Source: Polyangiaceae bacterium
GTDB taxonomy: Bacteria; Myxococcota_A; Polyangia; Polyangiales; Polyangiaceae
DNA: 64,000 nucleotides
Direction of reading: 5' to 3'
Assembly (NCBI GenBank): GCA_050287085.1
Contig: JBNKBE010000009.1
Span: 96,001 to 160,000, forward strand
Shown here: piece by piece, positions 37,525 through 48,393 of the stretch
How positions within the stretch are numbered: position 1 is the stretch's first letter
Layout: each line of letters opens with the position of its first letter
Notes under the pieces: generated by a model
Database searches by the model: none
Told to the model about the DNA's origin: nothing
Seen by the model: the letters and a program-made list of their open reading frames with translations, nothing else
Translations under genes and position numbers: made by a program

Positions 37525-38185
37525 GCTTCTCCTGTATGCGTCGTTGAGTCACGCCTTGCTCCGGTCCTCTAGATGTGAGGCCCCCGTGGTGCCCCTGTGC
37601 ACCATGCGGGTGGGTCGGATCGCTCGCCGCGGCGATTTGAATGATGACCCTGTAAACGACCTCGCGACTTCCGACTTTAGGTCCAGCCGTGGTCCGCCCG
37701 CTCACCCACTGCCCGACGTGGCGCCGATTGGGTAGCCGCGAAGCAACGGAGCGAGCACATTGCCGCACACAGCCCGCACCCCCACACATGCGGACCCATG
37801 ACTCAAATGGCTCAGACGGCGGTCGCCGACTGCTCCGTCAAAGCAGCGAGCCCGCCGCTGAGCCAGAACCGCGCCAAGTCGACCGTCCTGCCAACCGAGG
37901 CCCCCGAAACCGCCGGCCCGGATGGCGGAGCGACCACGTCTGCCTCCTACTTCGCAAGAAACCACCTAGAAACAAGTGTCGAAGGCACTTCACGCGGAAG
38001 CCAGACGGCTTAGGTCCATGGGTGGAAAGCTATCATCCGCGGCAGGACCTGGCCTGAGACGCATTGCAAGCGGCGCGCAGATGCGACAGGATTGCCCCGT
38101 GCCAAGCGATCGCTCCAGTCCATCGCCGGAAGCCCGGCGCAACCTAGAGCTCAAGGCATCGCCAAAGCATTCCGTGGCCAGCGAC

Positions 38186-38563
38186 ATGCGCTACTTCACC
38201 GTGGAAACATGGGGGGAAGAGATTGTCGCGTTCATTCGCTCGCCCGAGGTGTTTCAATCAGTCGAAGATGTCGAGGCGGAAATCGCTGCCGCCGCGAGCC
38301 TGAACCGCAGACGAGACCTGCGCAGCAGACGACTGCTGATTGATTCACGACAGGCACCGCTAAGTACTACGTTTGAATTTGCCGAGGGCTTCGCGCGACT
38401 GCGCACGGAGATAAGGCGCGGTCACAAGCGAATGGCGCTGCTACTGGGCACCAAGATCGGCGCACTTCAGGCAAGCCGCGTTATTGCGGAAGACGGAACA
38501 AACGAAAACACTCTCGTTGTCGATGACGAGCACGCTGCTCTCGCATTCTTACTGGACGCCTAG
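38186..38563 (+). CDS. Small STAS/SpoIIAA-like protein
   Basis: LLIDSRQAP...KRMALLL...GALQ..R...DE..ALAFL alpha/beta pattern. Confidence 0.55.
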   Translation: MRYFTVETWGEEIVAFIRSPEVFQSVEDVEAEIAAAASLNRRRDLRSRRLLIDSRQAPLSTTFEFAEGFARLRTEIRRGHKRMALLLGTKIGALQASRVIAEDGTNENTLVVDDEHAALAFLLDA

Positions 38564-38707
38564 AGTCATCTTTTGATGTCCAGTAGGACGCCACGCTCTC
38601 AGCACCGCGGTCGGGCTCGAGGATCCGCTCCTCGGGCGAGCTGAGTCTGAGTGAGCTTGTGCGCCCCAGCACCGGGCCGTTGGGCTTCATGCTGGCCTCG
38701 GCCGGCT

Positions 38708-39640
38708 CTAGAGCGCCTCGGGGGCTCCGTCCAACGTCCCGTCCGGCCCGGACTCCCCAGGAGAAGGCTGGGCCGAAGCGGGTTCTTCCGAAGGGGGGCC
38801 TACCGACGTGAGCTCGCTTGCGTCAGCGGCAAAGCCGTGCCTTCCGGCCACGGAAATCCGCGCCAAGAATTCGTGGAATTCAGGAAGGCCCGCGTTAAAC
38901 TCGTCCGGTTGGTTGGCATAGCCCACGTACATTACTACCGGGAATTGGACTGGAGTAGGAGAGTGGCGTCCCACCTCGTAGCGGAAGTCGGTGTGCAGCA
39001 ATACAACCTGGACCCGTTCGCTCCTCGCCTCGGGATCAACCTTGAGGCGATCTAGATTGGCGATGTCCGCCGTTACGACGTAGGCCTCGTTTCCCGCCAA
39101 GGTTGCCGGTCGCTTATCGACTACCGCAGCCGCATAGCGCTTCTCCACGACCACCTTGGTATGCGCTCCGAGAGTCACCACTTCGTAGCCAGCCCCTGCG
39201 ATTTGGTCGACGTAGCGGTCGATGAGCACCGATAGCTTCTTGTCCTTCAAGTCGTTTGAGATCGGGACAGTGCGCACGAAGATAACCCCATCATGCTCAC
39301 GGTGTTTGAACCGGAGGTCGTAAGCCAGTTCCTGACGGCTAGTCTCGTATTCCCCGTCTCCCTCAAGGTCCAGGTCGTACACCGCAACGTACGCCTCGCC
39401 GTTCTTCGGTTTGAGCGGCTGGTTGGCTTCGCGATAGAAGTTGTCCAATAACCAGCCCTCCGGCATGAGCTCGCCGTTCGACAGCGCCGCGACGCGATAT
39501 TCGTATTTCTTGTGCTCGTAGCCGTCCGGCGTGATCGCGCCGGCCGCAGTAGGCCCACATGCAAGCGCCGGGCATAACAGAGACAATAACACGAACCACA
39601 AGGGTCGCAGCCCAGCACCCCAGCCATGAATTTGTGACAT
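38708..39640 (-). CDS. Hypothetical lipoprotein
   Basis: Lipobox PALAC, globular body and Pro/Ser-rich tail. Confidence 0.75.
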   Translation of the reverse strand: MSQIHGWGAGLRPLWFVLLSLLCPALACGPTAAGAITPDGYEHKKYEYRVAALSNGELMPEGWLLDNFYREANQPLKPKNGEAYVAVYDLDLEGDGEYETSRQELAYDLRFKHREHDGVIFVRTVPISNDLKDKKLSVLIDRYVDQIAGAGYEVVTLGAHTKVVVEKRYAAAVVDKRPATLAGNEAYVVTADIANLDRLKVDPEARSERVQVVLLHTDFRYEVGRHSPTPVQFPVVMYVGYANQPDEFNAGLPEFHEFLARISVAGRHGFAADASELTSVGPPSEEPASAQPSPGESGPDGTLDGAPEAL

Positions 39641-39872
39641 CCTGGCACGTCCCCTACCACCCGGAGCTCGGACCGCCAAGGGCTACCGGACTCTTCCCAA
39701 GACAGAACGTGATGTAGTCTCCAGGAGCTCCCGCGGAGCTCAGCCGAACCAATCAACAGGGACCATCCAATAGCCATAGGACACTAGCTCCAGCGACAGG
39801 TTCTGACGCCGAGGCGGGAGCTGCTTCTGCCGCAAACACGACCTCAGTTCCGGGTCTGAAAGCCTAGCGCCG

Positions 39873-42800
39873 TCACGTGCGTCGCAATCGTAGGTGCAGG
39901 GTGGGTAGTACGAACAGCGTCGCCAGCGTGCTGGTGAGCAGACCACCGATGACAACCGTCGCCAGGGGTTGCTGTACTTCCGCACCCGTGCCCGTCGCAA
40001 GCGCCATGGGGAGGAACCCAAGTGCGGCCACCAATGCCGTAGTCAATACGGGCCGCAGACGTTCACCTGCAGAGCTGTATACGCTCGCGAACGCGTCCTC
40101 GCCCTGCCGCTCACGCAGCAGCATTGCGCTCAACAGGACAACGCCGTTGAGTGTGGCGACACCGAATAGGGCCAAGAATCCAACCGCGGCGCTCATGGAG
40201 AACTCGAGCTGCCGTAGCGCTAGAGCAAAGACGCCACCAATAGCAGCAGCGGGGACGTTGACAAAGACGAGCAGTGCCGGCCGCAAACTACCCAACGCCA
40301 GATATAAGAGCAGCAGCACCGCCGCGAGCGTCAGCGGCACTACCAGCTTCAAGCGCTCGACCGCACGCGCCAGGTTTTCGTATTGACCTCCGTACTCCAG
40401 ATAGCTTCCGACGGGCAATCGAATGGCGGCCAGCTTGCGCTGCACCTCTTGTACAAACCCTGCCAGATCTCGCCCGCGTACGTTCGCTTCTACCAGGATC
40501 CTGCGTCGCCCCTGCTCCCGCGAGACCTGAGCCGGCCCTTCTTGTCGCTCGACGTGTGCGACGTCGGACATCGGTACAACGCTCATCCCGCGCGTTAGCA
40601 CCGGCGCCCGCTGCAGTTCCGAGATCGACTGTACGCGAGAGTTGCCCTGCCTCAGGACTACCGGAAAGCGACGAAGCCCCTCCTTCAGTTCGCCCACCCG
40701 AACCCCCTGACTCAGTGCTTGGGCATAGAGGACAAACGACCTCGACTCGACGCCCACCTTGGCCAGTTGCTCGGGTCGCGGCTTCAACGTCCATGTCTCC
40801 AGTCCCGCGGTTGGCTCAACGCGGACATCCGCGGCTCCGTCGATCTGGGACAACTGACTCGCAATCTGCTCCGCCACCTTCCTAAGTGCCGGCAGGTCGT
40901 CACCGAAAACCTTGACGCCCAACGCAGATTGAACTCCGCCGATCAATTCGCTCACACGCATTTCGATCGGCTGTGTGAATGCAAAGCCCGCTCCGGGGAG
41001 TGCCTCCTGCAAAGCTGGGAGCAGCACGTCCGCGAAGCCGGCGGCATCCGAGGCCGTCTTCCACTCTTCCCGCCGCTTCATCTTCACCAGGACGTCCGCC
41101 TGCTCAACGCCCATCACGTCGGTAGCGACGTCCGGACTTCCGATTCTCGACACGACCCGTTCCACTTCGGCGAAACCTCCAAGCGCCTGCTCGACGCGAG
41201 TCGTTCCGGCGATCGCCTCACTGAGCGAAACGCTTGCCGGGCGAGTCACCTGAATCGCAAAGCCTCCCTCCTCGAGTCGCGGAACAAACTCGCCCCCAAG
41301 GGTCGACGCAACCCAAAGCCCGGCACCCAACACCAATAGCACGGCGCTTCCCACCCAATACGGCCTATTGAGAAGCGGTCGAAGCCAACGCAGGTACTGC
41401 TCTCGCGCGAGACGAGCAAGCGTGGGCTCGGCCTTCGCCTCGCTCGGCAAGAGCCAAGCTGCCAGCGTCGGCACCCAAGTGAAGGACAATACGAAGGCCG
41501 TAGCGAGAGCGAACAGCACCGTCAACGCCATCGGACGAAACAATCGGCCCTCGACACCCTCCAGGAGCAGGATCGGCACGTAGACAACAGCGATGATGAG
41601 GACCGCAAGGGTTACCGGACGCCCCACTTCAGCGCCAACCCGCGCCACGGCGCTTCGTGCATTGGTCCGATGAAGCGCCATCGTTGCCAACGCTCCTTCG
41701 ACCACAACGACCGCGCCGTCCACTACCAAGCCAAAGTCGATGGCTCCTAGACTGAGAAGATTCCCACTGATCCCAAACAACTGCATGAAGGAAAAAGCAC
41801 CCAGCATCGAAAGAGGGATCACCGACGCCACCAGAAGTCCAGCCCGCAGGCTTCCAAGCATCAAGAGCAGGACGAGGGTGACAATAATCCCACCCTCCAA
41901 GAGGTTCCGCCGAACAGTACTCAAGACGTCCTCCACGAACGCAGAGCGATCATAGAATGGCTCTATTCGCACGTCGCTCGGAAGCGACGTCTTCAACTCC
42001 GCGATCCTTCGCTTGACGTCCGCAACCACTTTGTGCGCGTTCTCGCCGGAGAGCATTTGAACCATGGTGTAGATCGTTTCGCCTGTGCCTTCGGCCGTTG
42101 CTGCGGAAAGACGCGGCCCTTTGCCTTCGGAAACGGTGGCCACCTCACCCAGCGTGATCACGCGACGGTACTCGCGATCTCCGACGTGCCGAACGACCTG
42201 GTGCCGAATGTCTTCCAGCGTGCGATAGCTGCTATCTACGCGGATGAACGCTCCCTCGGCGCCTCCCTCGATCATCCCCGCACTCTCGCTACGGCCGGCT
42301 TTGGTCAATGCATCTGCTATGTCAGCCATGCCGAGCCCATTCTCGGCAAGCAACCCCATGTCCGGCCTAACCACGATTTGCCGACGGTCACCACCCCATG
42401 AGTTGACTTCTACCACGCCTGGAACGCGGCCCAAACGCGGCGCGATCTCCCAGTCGATCAGCGTGCGAAGCTCGGCCAGGCTGTGTCCTGGCCACTCGGT
42501 AGTGAAATGAAAGACCTCGCCGAGCCCGGTGGTCAGTGGTCCTAGACCCAGTGACTCAACGCGATCCCCGATCTGCTCGCGAGCGCCAGGAAGCTTCTGG
42601 CTTATCGTCTCTCGAGCCGACATGATGTCAGTGCCGGGCTCGAATACCAAAGTAACCACGCCAATACCCGCCCTGGATACCGAGCGCAAGCGTTGGATGT
42701 GCGGTAGCCCTGACAAGGAACGCTCTAGACTCTGCATCACCTGGCTCTCCACTTCGAGTGGAGACAGCCCTGGAGCCGCGGCGATAACCTGCGCCTGCAC

Positions 42801-42932
42801 ATTGGACACATCCGGCACCGCATCGATCGGTAGCTCCTGATAGGAGCGAACGCCGAATACCACAATCGCCGCCGCCAACGCCAAGCTAAGCAGCGGATTG
42901 AGCGAGACCACCCGAACAAATGCACCTATCAT
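39873..42932 (-). CDS. czcA: CzcA/CusA-family heavy-metal RND permease
   Basis: LPIDAVPD, YDRS, TM4 GAIDFGLVVDGAVVVVE, FRPMA, RLRPVL, QQPLATVVIGG. Confidence 0.9.
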   Translation of the reverse strand: MIGAFVRVVSLNPLLSLALAAAIVVFGVRSYQELPIDAVPDVSNVQAQVIAAAPGLSPLEVESQVMQSLERSLSGLPHIQRLRSVSRAGIGVVTLVFEPGTDIMSARETISQKLPGAREQIGDRVESLGLGPLTTGLGEVFHFTTEWPGHSLAELRTLIDWEIAPRLGRVPGVVEVNSWGGDRRQIVVRPDMGLLAENGLGMADIADALTKAGRSESAGMIEGGAEGAFIRVDSSYRTLEDIRHQVVRHVGDREYRRVITLGEVATVSEGKGPRLSAATAEGTGETIYTMVQMLSGENAHKVVADVKRRIAELKTSLPSDVRIEPFYDRSAFVEDVLSTVRRNLLEGGIIVTLVLLLMLGSLRAGLLVASVIPLSMLGAFSFMQLFGISGNLLSLGAIDFGLVVDGAVVVVEGALATMALHRTNARSAVARVGAEVGRPVTLAVLIIAVVYVPILLLEGVEGRLFRPMALTVLFALATAFVLSFTWVPTLAAWLLPSEAKAEPTLARLAREQYLRWLRPLLNRPYWVGSAVLLVLGAGLWVASTLGGEFVPRLEEGGFAIQVTRPASVSLSEAIAGTTRVEQALGGFAEVERVVSRIGSPDVATDVMGVEQADVLVKMKRREEWKTASDAAGFADVLLPALQEALPGAGFAFTQPIEMRVSELIGGVQSALGVKVFGDDLPALRKVAEQIASQLSQIDGAADVRVEPTAGLETWTLKPRPEQLAKVGVESRSFVLYAQALSQGVRVGELKEGLRRFPVVLRQGNSRVQSISELQRAPVLTRGMSVVPMSDVAHVERQEGPAQVSREQGRRRILVEANVRGRDLAGFVQEVQRKLAAIRLPVGSYLEYGGQYENLARAVERLKLVVPLTLAAVLLLLYLALGSLRPALLVFVNVPAAAIGGVFALALRQLEFSMSAAVGFLALFGVATLNGVVLLSAMLLRERQGEDAFASVYSSAGERLRPVLTTALVAALGFLPMALATGTGAEVQQPLATVVIGGLLTSTLATLFVLPTLHLRLRRT

Positions 42933-42937
42933 GATTT

Positions 42938-44131
42938 CTACTCCAGCTGCGCCCGCAAGAGTTCACCTTTAAGAAGCACCACTCCCCCCACTGCCACCTG
43001 TGGCAAGGCCTCTTCCACGGTCCCCCCATCCCCCTTGGGCCCCGCAGTTTCGCCTTCGCTCGGCAGCCCATGGTGCGCTAGCGCTGGCACCCTGAAGTAC
43101 GCTTGGTCGCCCCAGATCTCTACGCTCTCCACGGGCACAACTCGATACTCACCCGTTTCTTTCCCGACCGAGAACACGACTTCTCCCCCTTGATAGGTCG
43201 TAACAGCCGACCGTGGAGCTCGAAATAGCGGCTCATTCGTCTGCGCTGCGTTCAGCGGCATCTCCGCCCGAACATGGGCGCCCTCCAGCACATATTCCAG
43301 ACAAGATGATTCCGCTTTTGCCAAAAATGGGACAGCCCGGGTGTTCGGGTCTACGTAGTGGAGATGTCCCGAGACGCGCGCATGACATACGCGTTCACCG
43401 GGGAAGTAGACCGTGGCGGTCTCGAGTGCTACGTCCAAGGCCACCGATTGTGGGACTTGGAGAACCAGCGTAAAGAGCTCGGGATCGACTATCCTCATGA
43501 GCACACTATCAGCGGCTACCACACTATCGGTCGCCATCCTGACTTGCGTCACGATCCCCGCAACGGGACTGCGCAAGACTACGTTCGGTCCTCCCTCGGA
43601 GTTGGCTCCCCACGCCTGCAATTCGCCCGACGCCGCCAACACTTCAGCGTCAGCAAGAGCCAACGCTTCTCGCGCCTGAGTCAGATCGGCCACGCTCGTT
43701 GCGTTAAGCCCTTGTAGTCGCTCCTCCTGCTGCACCAACTGCTGGGCGCGCTCTTTCATCGCCTGACCGCGCAGCATCGCAGCCCTTGCCCGCGCCACCG
43801 CAGAGGCGCTCAAGAGTGCAAGCTTCTGTCCCTTGTCAACACGCTGCCCCGTTTGCACGTAGACGCCAGCCACACGCGCATGGGTGGCGGCTCGCACATC
43901 GACCGCACCACCTGGCAACATCTCCACTACGCCGTTTACCACTATCTGCCTAGGTATGGCGCGAGTCCGCTCCAATCGACTCACCTCGACATGCGGCCGC
44001 TGTCCGGGTGATAACGTCACACTCATGGGAGCTTCTGGCATCTCGGACGTATGCTGAGGCGTTGGTGCAGTCTCAGAGCATGACGCCATGGCGACACCAA
44101 GGCCCAGCAGTAAACGACAGCGGCGATTCAT
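42938..44131 (-). CDS. RND membrane-fusion protein (CzcB-like)
   Basis: Lipobox MASC, lipoyl halves (V..GQRVDKGQ and LRSPVAG), helical hairpin, VDPNTR. Confidence 0.85.
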   Translation of the reverse strand: MNRRCRLLLGLGVAMASCSETAPTPQHTSEMPEAPMSVTLSPGQRPHVEVSRLERTRAIPRQIVVNGVVEMLPGGAVDVRAATHARVAGVYVQTGQRVDKGQKLALLSASAVARARAAMLRGQAMKERAQQLVQQEERLQGLNATSVADLTQAREALALADAEVLAASGELQAWGANSEGGPNVVLRSPVAGIVTQVRMATDSVVAADSVLMRIVDPELFTLVLQVPQSVALDVALETATVYFPGERVCHARVSGHLHYVDPNTRAVPFLAKAESSCLEYVLEGAHVRAEMPLNAAQTNEPLFRAPRSAVTTYQGGEVVFSVGKETGEYRVVPVESVEIWGDQAYFRVPALAHHGLPSEGETAGPKGDGGTVEEALPQVAVGGVVLLKGELLRAQLE

Positions 44132-45384
44132 CGGATTGATTCCTTCCAGCGGGATAGCTCGTTGCTTTCGAACGCGAGTTCGATCTGACTCAGGCGTCTC
44201 GCCAGTCGAACTTGTTGCAGTTGTTGCTGCACTTCCGTGAGTGCCGAGCTCGCCACCAGCAGCGTCATGGCGGGGATCTTTCCGGCTTCATATTGCTCGG
44301 CGACGACTTCAAGCGCCGCGCGCGTCGCCTTGAGTTCGACCTGAGTGATTTGCTCCTCTACACGCCGCAGTTGAGCCACGCGCTGGGCAAAGAAGCGAGT
44401 CCGCAAGAGGCTGCGCTCCTGCATATGGCGCGCCTTCTTTCTCAAGCCCAAGGCCGGAGCACGCTGCTGCGCCGCCTGATAGCTGTTGGTATTGATCAAT
44501 GGCCAGGGCAAACTGAGCGACCCCAGCGCTACCCAATCTCCGCTACCTTCGCGCAGAATCTGTGCCCCAACAGACATCTGGGGCTCCCCCTGTGCTTGCT
44601 GCAAGTCGGCTTGCGCTTCGATATAGCGAGCCCCTGCTTGCGCAGACGCCACTAATGGGTGTACATCTGGGGTCTGCGACGCGCGCACATCCAGCGCATC
44701 GAATGAGGGCATGGGGCCCCTAGTTCGCGCTTGGCGACCCTCGGCGAGTCCTAGTACCAAAGACAGTTCGTGCTGACTCATCTGCAACTCAATTTCGGCC
44801 TGCTGGGTGCGACTGGCTGCACGCTCCGCGTGAGCCCGCGCCAGCTGCTCGTCACCCGCGGTCAGTGCCCCCACAGAGCGCCTCGCACTGACCGCCGCCA
44901 GCAGCCCTCGCTCCCGCTCCTCGCGCTGGCGCTCGATCAGCAGCTGCTCCTCCGCGCTCTTGAGCCGGACCCACGAACGGGCGGCCTCCGCCAAGACCTC
45001 TAGCCGCCGTGCTGCAAGCCGCGAAAGAGCGAGCTCAGCTCCGGCATCCCCGAGCGCTCCGCGATGCTCAGCTACGGAGCTTAGTGAAAACGCCTGACTG
45101 AAGCCGAGCCCCAACTCGGCAGCCTGCCGGCTCCCCGTATCCCTCATGCCTGCAACCAGACTGAGGCGCGGCGCTGAGTTGAGCACTGGGTTTGACTCGG
45201 CGCGGGCGGCCGCGAACTGCCGCACGTTCTCATCAACCGCCTCGAGTTCGGGTGAGCGTGACGCCGCCAATCGCAGCGCGTCACCCAGAGAGAGAGGTTG
45301 CGTTGGGGGCTCGGCCCTGGCAGCGGCCGGTCGTAGCTGCAGGGCGAACAGTGTCGAAAGGAGGAGGAGGCTGATAGAACGCAT
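44128..45384 (-). CDS. TolC-family outer-membrane channel (CzcC-like)
   Basis: Signal peptide, LSLGDAL..A...SPEL, HP, YEAG; first gene of a C-B-A operon. Confidence 0.85.
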   Translation of the reverse strand: MRSISLLLLSTLFALQLRPAAARAEPPTQPLSLGDALRLAASRSPELEAVDENVRQFAAARAESNPVLNSAPRLSLVAGMRDTGSRQAAELGLGFSQAFSLSSVAEHRGALGDAGAELALSRLAARRLEVLAEAARSWVRLKSAEEQLLIERQREERERGLLAAVSARRSVGALTAGDEQLARAHAERAASRTQQAEIELQMSQHELSLVLGLAEGRQARTRGPMPSFDALDVRASQTPDVHPLVASAQAGARYIEAQADLQQAQGEPQMSVGAQILREGSGDWVALGSLSLPWPLINTNSYQAAQQRAPALGLRKKARHMQERSLLRTRFFAQRVAQLRRVEEQITQVELKATRAALEVVAEQYEAGKIPAMTLLVASSALTEVQQQLQQVRLARRLSQIELAFESNELSRWKESIR

Positions 45385-45593
45385 GCGAGCTCCGCTGAAG
45401 GTCAGCGGCGGGACACTGCGAGCAAGCCGGAGCAGTAGCTATCCGTCTGATGACGTGTATGCCACAACTATCTGATATCAATAGCTAATCAGGCACCTAC
45501 CCAAGCTAGAAAAACCGACCACCAGCTCCAATCAACGCCTGAACACAGCCGGTGAACTTGCGGCCCCGCGACAACTGCCACTACACCGCGGCC

Positions 45594-46112
45594 ATGTTTG
45601 ATCGCGATGAGGCGCAAAGCAGCCGGGTGACCTTCTTGCTGTTTCTGGGGATCACGCTTCTCATCGGCATGGACGTCGCCTCCGATCTGCTCGCCGGCTC
45701 GAGCTATGCCCACGTGTCGATCGAGGGCTCCATCCTTGCTCTAGCGTGTACCGGCTTGCTCCGGATGCTGGCAGAGAATCTCAGGCTCCATCGCCAAACG
45801 CGACACCTCCGGACCGATCTCGACCGCAGCCTGGCTGAAGCAGCCCAGTGGAAACGAGATGCAGCAGAAGCGCTCGCTGGCCTCGGTAGTGCAATTGCAA
45901 AGCAATTTCAGCGTTGGTCTCTGACCCCCGCCGAAGAAGAGGTGGCGCTCCTCTTGCTCAAGGGCTTTAGTCTGAAGGAGATCGCGACGCTGCGGGACGT
46001 GAGCGAGCGCACTGTTCGCGACCAGGCGCGCGCCGTCTATCGCAAAGGCAAACTCGATGGCCGAGCGCAACTATCGGCATTTTTTCTGGAGGATCTGCTC
46101 GCCCCACGTTGA
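45594..46112 (+). CDS. Membrane-anchored LuxR-type HTH regulator
   Basis: Two TM helices, a coiled coil, then LTPAEEEVALLLLKGFSLKEIA..R.VSERTVR. Confidence 0.88.
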   Translation: MFDRDEAQSSRVTFLLFLGITLLIGMDVASDLLAGSSYAHVSIEGSILALACTGLLRMLAENLRLHRQTRHLRTDLDRSLAEAAQWKRDAAEALAGLGSAIAKQFQRWSLTPAEEEVALLLLKGFSLKEIATLRDVSERTVRDQARAVYRKGKLDGRAQLSAFFLEDLLAPR

Positions 46113-46319
46113 GGCTCGGCGCGCCCATCCCCCGCAGCTCACCAACGAGCCGAGGGCCTCGGTGCATAGAAGCGCGCGTGAAGGACCGAGCTCCGGAGGT
46201 GGGCGAGCTTATGGCCTTGACCCGCCCGGGCCTCTTTGAGCGAACTGTACACAAGGAACTCGGTCGGGTTGCCTTGCGCGATTTCTGAGTGTGATGGTCC
46301 GCGATACGCGGTCCACGCT

Positions 46320-46535
46320 TCACAAGGTCGCGACCAGGAGCCAAAGGCCACCCAAGATCGCCGCAGCTCCGAGCAGCATCCACAATACGCTGGGTGCGAA
46401 ATACGGGAAGATCATCAGGAGCAGCCCCGCGACCAGTTGCGGAAGCCGCTGCATCTTGCGCCCGTAGGTAAACAATACGAAGCCGGCAGACGAGACCAGA
46501 AAGCCCGCGATGAGCGTCGATGCGTCGAGGTCCAT
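46320..46535 (-). CDS. Small hypothetical membrane protein
   Basis: 71 aa, about 3 TM helices, YGRK and LMIFPYF. Confidence 0.7.
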   Translation of the reverse strand: MDLDASTLIAGFLVSSAGFVLFTYGRKMQRLPQLVAGLLLMIFPYFAPSVLWMLLGAAAILGGLWLLVATL

Positions 46536-46642
46536 AGGTTAGCACTCTAGCTCACCCCCACAATGAGCGCCCCTGTCCGTCCAGGCACAGCAACGAAGTC
46601 GCGCGAACACGCGCGGTCCTGGACGCTAGCGGGGGTCCTGGG

Positions 46643-48073
46643 TCATTGGATGCCGCTACTGTACTCCTGCCACTGGCGGAGGGTCATATGACGCTTGTCG
46701 CGCGTACCGCTTGAGCGCCGGGAACATGCTGGCACAGCGACTTGAGGCCAGACCGGCGCTTCCAGCGCTCGCGTTGTGTACAAGCCTTCGTCCGTTAGAA
46801 CCCAGACATCGCCATCGGGACCGGCCCAAATGTCGACAGGAGGCACGAGGAGCTCCGGGGACACCCAACGGCTCAAACTACCGTCTGCAGCACGGTGAAG
46901 AAAGTCAGAGCGGTCGTGGCTGGCAAGCCACAGCGCCCCGGACTCGCCCCGCGCCAAGAGCGACACGCGGCTCGGCAAAGCGGTAGCGGTCCAACGCCCT
47001 TGCGCATAGCGCAGCAAGCGGGACTCACCACCGACCATGGTGCCAGAAACCCAGATGTCGTCCGGGGTGAACGCGTCCACAATCGCGCCCTCCGCCTGCA
47101 CCGCGCCCTCCGCCTGCACCGCGCCCTCCGCCTGCACCGCGCCCTCCGCCTGCACCGCGCCCTCCGCTACGACGGCTCCGGAAAGAACCGTCACGATACC
47201 GCGCGTTGTGCCGCGCAAGAAGCGCTCCTCAACCAGCCACGGTGCCCCCGCACCTCCACTGCAATCGGCCGCACCGATCACAACAACCCCCGCCGCATCA
47301 CTCGCCGCGAGGGCTAGTGGGCGACTGAGCCGGGTAAAACACTGGGCACCATCAGCCGCCTCGACGGAGCCGGGCGTCGGCCGCGGTAGCCGAAAGGCGC
47401 CCGCACGCCCCCCCCAGCTCAGGGAATAGCCGAGGGCCATCTGCTCCCGAGGCAACTCGAGAACCAAGACGGCACCACCCCAGCGGGTGGCAAAAGCGTC
47501 GAGCCCTCTCAATGCGCGAAGCAGGTGCCAGCGATCGCCGTAGCGAGTGTAGAGCGCGCCCAGCGGCGAAGAAACACTCATCGGTCGATAGTGAGCAAAA
47601 GCCCAAGTGGACGAGATAGGATAGCGAGCAAACCAGTGTGGTGGCTCACACTTCGGCAGCCCTGCGAGCGGCGCCGCTACCCGCTTCGGGGCGCCAGCTC
47701 CAGCGCTACTGACATCCGCCAGCGCAGAGGGATCCTCCAAATTCTGCAAGTAAGCGTGCCCGTCTATGACAACCGGCCTCAGCTGCGCATCACCAACGCG
47801 ATGGAGTCTCAGCTCATACACGGGCAGTGACGCAAGCGGATCCGGCGGCAGCTCGCGAGCAGCCGTTGGTGCGCTGGGGAGGTCAGCGGCTGTCGAAGAC
47901 GCGGCGGGGACTTCCTTGGGTGGACTCCCTGACAACAACGGCTTCGGAACCCGCGCCACGTCTTTGCTCCCGGCACTGCCCACAGAACACGCGAGCACCA
48001 ACACGCCGAGGAGGCCCGCACCGCCGAGCTGCCGCGGCATGCGCACCGGAAACCACTGCATAGCGCCCCCCAT
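46643..48073 (-). CDS. Hypothetical beta-rich lipoprotein
   Basis: Lipobox VLAC; propeller-like DDIWV / ALWL / DVWV motifs; internal VQAEGA repeat. Confidence 0.65.
   Translation of the reverse strand: MGGAMQWFPVRMPRQLGGAGLLGVLVLACSVGSAGSKDVARVPKPLLSGSPPKEVPAASSTAADLPSAPTAARELPPDPLASLPVYELRLHRVGDAQLRPVVIDGHAYLQNLEDPSALADVSSAGAGAPKRVAAPLAGLPKCEPPHWFARYPISSTWAFAHYRPMSVSSPLGALYTRYGDRWHLLRALRGLDAFATRWGGAVLVLELPREQMALGYSLSWGGRAGAFRLPRPTPGSVEAADGAQCFTRLSRPLALAASDAAGVVVIGAADCSGGAGAPWLVEERFLRGTTRGIVTVLSGAVVAEGAVQAEGAVQAEGAVQAEGAVQAEGAIVDAFTPDDIWVSGTMVGGESRLLRYAQGRWTATALPSRVSLLARGESGALWLASHDRSDFLHRAADGSLSRWVSPELLVPPVDIWAGPDGDVWVLTDEGLYTTRALEAPVWPQVAVPACSRRSSGTRDKRHMTLRQWQEYSSGIQ
47084..47167. repeat. 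18-bp tandem repeat, about 4.7 copies (CGCGCCCTCCGCCTGCAC), in frame
   Basis: Four exact copies plus 12 bp; encodes (AEGAVQ)n on the minus strand. Confidence 0.97.
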
Positions 48074-48393
48074 CAGTAACCCAAAGCCGTCAACTTCTCG
48101 TCACATTCACGCTCGCATTGGGTGGCACTGTGGACGTCTCCAGCAAGTTCGGCTAGCAGGATTCGACCTAGCGTTGCTAGGCCAATCCCATCGCTGCCGC
48201 GACGGCTCAACAACTCAACCAACGTCCCAAGCTCACGGCGCAGCGCCAGCCGCTCTGACGAAGGCAACTCCGGCCCCCGCCTCTCTGCCCAATGCTGCGC
48301 AATCTCCAGCAAACGACGACCGTGCGCCTGGGCGCTGGGCCCTAGCGCTAGCGCGACGCTTTCTGCGCGCTCCATCAACCACGGGCTCGGCAT
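48073..48393 (-). CDS. Hypothetical helical protein
   Basis: Its stop overlaps the next gene's ATG (TGATG); ends DEKLTALGY. Start at 48393 or 48429. Confidence 0.5.
   Translation of the reverse strand: MPSPWLMERAESVALALGPSAQAHGRRLLEIAQHWAERRGPELPSSERLALRRELGTLVELLSRRGSDGIGLATLGRILLAELAGDVHSATQCERECDEKLTALGY

Noticed and set aside
37525..38185. Riboswitch (c-di-GMP) or FNR box upstream of the hemerythrin gene
   Set aside because: I could not find the GEMM core or TTGAT-N4-ATCAA by eye; an Infernal search would be needed.
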